A stretch of DNA of 63,937 nt, the filler included. It is 8 parts of 8 records of this genome, joined end to end, with 100 filler letters (N's around TTAATTAATTAA, not from the genome) between each part and the next. Parts side by side here need not be neighbours in the genome. Positions count along the whole stretch, not along the records: positions 57,608 to 63,937 come from SRR31147125_23491; 7 more parts are not named here. One strand, 5' to 3'. The notes beneath the pieces were generated by a model, which made no database searches, was not told the DNA's origin, and was given only the letters and a program-made list of their open reading frames with translations. Every line of letters starts with the position of its first letter. Position 1 is the first letter of the stretch. Positions 60,392-63,937 of the stretch are shown here, piece after piece. A program made the position numbers and the translations under genes.

Positions 60392-61399
60392 TTAATATAC
60401 AGATTCATCAACATAGTATTCTTTAGCATTTTCTTTAGTGATAAGTTCTGCAGCAAGAATAATCTTTGAAGGAATCTTATTCTGATAGAAACCATTGAGA
60501 CGTTCGTTACGCAGACCATAAACACAGAGGCTGACAGCTGTAGCAGCCATTGAAGGTGGATAAGTAACTGTTGACTGTACAAGAGCATCGCCATTCATAA
60601 TCTTCTTGATCATAACTTTAGAACCAGCACCGCCCATCATGATTTTAATATCATCACGACCTGATTCTTCATAAGCCTGCAGAACACCTACAAGAACATC
60701 ATCATCCTGACAGAATACAGCATCAATTTCGTCATACTTCTGCAGGTAGTTTTCCATCAATTCCAAACCCTTCTGAGTAGACCAGTTAGCTGGCTGAAAG
60801 TCAAGAATTTCAATGTCTGGATACTTTGCCATAACAGCTTTGAATGCATCGTTACGTTCTTTATCGATAACGCAAGGGATACCGCCCATAGCAACAATCT
60901 TACCCTTACCGCCAAGAGTATCAGCCATCCACTGCGCACTTACCTTACCAAGACCCGGGTTGTTACCGGCGATATATACATCAGCAATATCTTTTGTAAG
61001 AGCTCTATCGATTACGACAGTATAAATACCCGCATTTTTAGCTTCTTCTACAACAGGAGTAAGAGGAGCAGAGTCATGAGGAAGGATAACCAGACCATCA
61101 ATCTCCTTGATCATGAGGTCTTCAACAGAGCTGACCTGTGAAGCAGGATCAGGAGAAGTAGTAAGATAGAATTCAATATTCTTATCAATGCCTTCCCAGT
61201 CCTCAATAGCCTTCTTGACCCACCAGACAATACCACCTGTCCACCCATGGTCTGCTGTAGGCACAGAGACACCTATCTTGATAGTACCCTTATTGATAAC
61301 ATCATCCGGTGTAGTGGTAGGACTTGGTATGTCAGCAGCCTGAACCATACCTGCGAAAGCAAAAACTGCAACTAAAAGAGTAACTAATAGCTTTTTCAT
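60392..61399 (-). CDS. Sugar ABC transporter substrate-binding protein (RbsB-like)
   Basis: Signal peptide; ADHGW, VVIDR, ANWS, QDDD. Confidence 0.9.
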   Translation of the reverse strand: MKKLLVTLLVAVFAFAGMVQAADIPSPTTTPDDVINKGTIKIGVSVPTADHGWTGGIVWWVKKAIEDWEGIDKNIEFYLTTSPDPASQVSSVEDLMIKEIDGLVILPHDSAPLTPVVEEAKNAGIYTVVIDRALTKDIADVYIAGNNPGLGKVSAQWMADTLGGKGKIVAMGGIPCVIDKERNDAFKAVMAKYPDIEILDFQPANWSTQKGLELMENYLQKYDEIDAVFCQDDDVLVGVLQAYEESGRDDIKIMMGGAGSKVMIKKIMNGDALVQSTVTYPPSMAATAVSLCVYGLRNERLNGFYQNKIPSKIILAAELITKENAKEYYVDESVY

Positions 61400-61525
61400 T
61401 TACTTCTCCTTCACATAAAAACTTAAAAACAAAACAGCTGGAACAAAACAGTTCACAAAATTTTAAATTCATTGATCATTAAAACACATATTTTCAAAAA
61501 CAACAAACTTGTAGTAAACGCTTTA

Positions 61526-62527
61526 CTACTCATCACCATTCTTTTTATACTGCATCAGAACGGCTAAAATAATTACCCCACCCTTGACTGCACCCTGCAG
61601 ATAAGGAGATACCCCGACCATATTCAGCATATTATTGATAATACCGAGTATTATCGCTCCCATCACAGTTCCCCAGATCGTCCCCTTACCACCAGCCATT
61701 GATGTTCCCCCGATCACAACCGCAGCGATCGCATCAAGCTCATATGAGACACCGGCATTTGACGAACTGATAGAATTCAGACGTGAAGAAAGCATGAGCG
61801 CTGTTATACCTACAGTAAGACCAGTAATACAGTAAGTAATAAATTTGATCATATTGACTTTGATCGCAGCGTAACGGGCAACCTGCTGGTTAGACCCGAC
61901 AGCACAGACATATCGCCCGAAGCTGGTATTATTCAATATAACACTCAACACAGCAGCAAGCAGGAGAAAGATTATTACAGGATATGAAATCATCCCGATA
62001 TACTTACCAAGAAGTGGAATATCAGCGACACCTGCAATATCTTTAAGCTTACCTGAACCAATTACTTTATAAACCTCACTCTCCGACCTATACTCTCCAG
62101 CATCAACAATATAGAGAGTAAGCGAGCGGAATATAGTCATCGTACCAAGCGTGGCAATAAATGGTGCAATCTTCGCTTTGGTAATAATCAGACCATTGAT
62201 ACCTCCTGCAATAATCCCGAATACCATTGCAGCAATAACAGCAAGCCAGAGCGCGCCCCACGTTCCACCTGCAGCGTTGAAAGTTAAAACAGCCAAACCT
62301 CCAACAAGAGCAGTCATAGAACCAACAGAGAGATCAATCCCCCTACTGATAATGACAAAAGTCATCCCCAGAGCAATAATGCCGGTATACGACACCTGCC
62401 TCATAATATTCATCAGATTTGCAAATTTAGTAAAATGCTTACTCATCAATGCAGATATAATAAACAATACTATAAGAGCAATAAATGTCATATATTTCGT
62501 TATATCAAATTGTTTTTCTTTTTCCAT
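61526..62527 (-). CDS. Sugar ABC transporter permease (RbsC-like)
   Basis: GIDLSVGS, PFIATLG, YELDAIAAVVIGGTSMAGGKG. Confidence 0.93.
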   Translation of the reverse strand: MEKEKQFDITKYMTFIALIVLFIISALMSKHFTKFANLMNIMRQVSYTGIIALGMTFVIISRGIDLSVGSMTALVGGLAVLTFNAAGGTWGALWLAVIAAMVFGIIAGGINGLIITKAKIAPFIATLGTMTIFRSLTLYIVDAGEYRSESEVYKVIGSGKLKDIAGVADIPLLGKYIGMISYPVIIFLLLAAVLSVILNNTSFGRYVCAVGSNQQVARYAAIKVNMIKFITYCITGLTVGITALMLSSRLNSISSSNAGVSYELDAIAAVVIGGTSMAGGKGTIWGTVMGAIILGIINNMLNMVGVSPYLQGAVKGGVIILAVLMQYKKNGDE

Positions 62528-62534
62528 TATTTAC

Positions 62535-63937
62535 TTATCCCTTTTTCAGACCGGTAGCATACAGCATTATATCTTCCTCACTCCGCTTATCCTGCGGAAG
62601 CTCTCCCTGCAATCTGCCTTCCCTCATTACCAGAATCCGGTGGCAGAGCCCAAGTACTTCTTCCAGCTCAGATGAGATAACAATGCAAGGCATACCCTGA
62701 GCAGCCAGACTATTGATAAATTTATAAATCTCCATCTTGGCGTTGACATCAATTCCGCGGGTAGGCTCATCAAGAATAAGCACCTGCGGATCAGTATCCA
62801 TCCATTTCCCAAGATATACTTTCTGCTGATTGCCACCACTAAGAAAACGCAGATGCGTCTTGAGCGAAGCAGCTTTCACCTTGAAAAGGTCACGGTAAAA
62901 TTCAGCCCTCTTCTCTTCTTCTTTCTTATTTATAAAGATATTTGTATACTTCTTGAGCGAAATCAGAGTAGTATTCTGCGGCAGATCAAAGTTCATAATA
63001 ATGCCCTTGCCCTGCCTGTCTTCAGATAGGTAAGCCAGTCCTGCATCTACCGCTTCACGTGCATTCTTTCCTGCAAGCTCTTTACCATTGAGCTCTACCT
63101 TACCGCTACTGCGCTGACGCAGACCCATAATCGCCTCAGCCAGCTCAGTCCTCCCAGCTCCCATAAGCCCGGCAATACCCAGAATCTCCCCTTTACAGAT
63201 AGAAAAACTGATATTATCCAGCAGCCCCTTTATAGAAAGGTTCTCCACCTTCAAAGCAACTTCATCAGTCGCCGGCTGCATCTCAGGGAATATCTGATTG
63301 AGATCACGCCCAACCATCTTGCTTACCATATCATGCTCAGTAAGCTCCTCAGTAGAAGTAAAATCAATCTGTTCCCCATCCCGCAGCACAAGCACCTTGT
63401 CGCAGATCTCTTTGACCTCCGCCAGCTTGTGCGAGATAAAGATCATACAGACACCCTTACTCTGCAGCTCACGCATAAGCTTGAAGAGCAAGTCAAGCTC
63501 CTCACCCGCAAGCACAGTAGTAGGTTCATCCAGAATAAGCACCTTGGCATTATAGACAAGGGACTTGGCTATCTCTATCATCTGCTTCTCTGCTACCGAG
63601 AGATCACGCACAGGAAAATTAGGATCCAGTTCAGTATGAAGTACCTTGAGATACTCCACAGATTTCTTACGCATAGCCTCTTTATCAAGCAGACCATGTT
63701 TCTTATAGAGCTCATTACCGAGAAAGATATTCTCAAAGACGGTAAGAGTTTCAATAAGATTAAACTCCTGTGGCACCATCGCCACACCATGATTCTTAGC
63801 CACAATAGGATCAGTAAGATCAACCTTCTCGCCTTCGAGAAAGACCTCACCATCTGTAGGTGTATAAATACCACTCAAAATTTTCATCAGAGTAGATTTA
63901 CCAGCACCATTCTCACCGATAAGTCCAAGAATTTCCC
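62535..63937 (-). CDS. Sugar ABC transporter ATPase (RbsA-like), 5' truncated
   Basis: GENGAGKST at the window edge, two LDEPT motifs, LSGGNQQKV. Confidence 0.93.
   Translation of the reverse strand, partial: EILGLIGENGAGKSTLMKILSGIYTPTDGEVFLEGEKVDLTDPIVAKNHGVAMVPQEFNLIETLTVFENIFLGNELYKKHGLLDKEAMRKKSVEYLKVLHTELDPNFPVRDLSVAEKQMIEIAKSLVYNAKVLILDEPTTVLAGEELDLLFKLMRELQSKGVCMIFISHKLAEVKEICDKVLVLRDGEQIDFTSTEELTEHDMVSKMVGRDLNQIFPEMQPATDEVALKVENLSIKGLLDNISFSICKGEILGIAGLMGAGRTELAEAIMGLRQRSSGKVELNGKELAGKNAREAVDAGLAYLSEDRQGKGIIMNFDLPQNTTLISLKKYTNIFINKKEEEKRAEFYRDLFKVKAASLKTHLRFLSGGNQQKVYLGKWMDTDPQVLILDEPTRGIDVNAKMEIYKFINSLAAQGMPCIVISSELEEVLGLCHRILVMREGRLQGELPQDKRSEEDIMLYATGLKKG

Noticed and set aside
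1-63937. Functional linkage between the R-M island, the cas operon and other loci as one defence island
   Set aside because: They lie on separate contigs with different composition and taxon signatures, so adjacency carries no information.

Overview
This window is not one locus. It is eight unrelated contig fragments joined by 100-nt artificial spacers (N runs around TTAATTAATTAA). (1) 1-11947, Desulfobacterota-like: a vapBC pair, a hybrid sensor kinase, and an integrative element of at least 8.1 kb. The element runs from a displaced tRNA-Leu 3' fragment (att) through AlpA, a restriction endonuclease, C5 methyltransferase, Vsr, a hypothetical, a Rep_trans/MOBT initiator carrying its own nick-site hairpin, a second Xis-like gene and a lipoprotein, to a tyrosine integrase C-terminus that the ORF track missed. 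(2) 12048-20076, Bacteroidota: start of the dcw cluster plus a glycine-lipid-type acyltransferase pair and an NrtR-like regulator. (3) 20177-30347, deltaproteobacterial housekeeping genes (degP-like, rluD, pgeF, U32, cpoB-like, LysM, dprA, smg, topA). (4) 30448-37148, Clostridia-like ftsH to nusA. (5) 37249-43156, a type I-B cas operon with no array visible and a probable internally translated Cas11. (6) 43257-51108, Bacteroidota SusC/SusD, a sensor kinase and others. (7) 51209-57507, a Wzx/Wzy polysaccharide locus with two tandem HprK-like P-loop kinases. (8) 57608-63937, trpB2, a cluster of REP-like repeats and a sugar ABC transporter. About a dozen genes are split by 1-2 nt indels, mostly at homopolymers; these are most likely sequencing errors. 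The best candidates for undescribed biology are the Rep_trans integrative element carrying restriction-modification cargo and the kinase pair inside the polysaccharide locus. All calls come from motif reading alone; no database searches were run.
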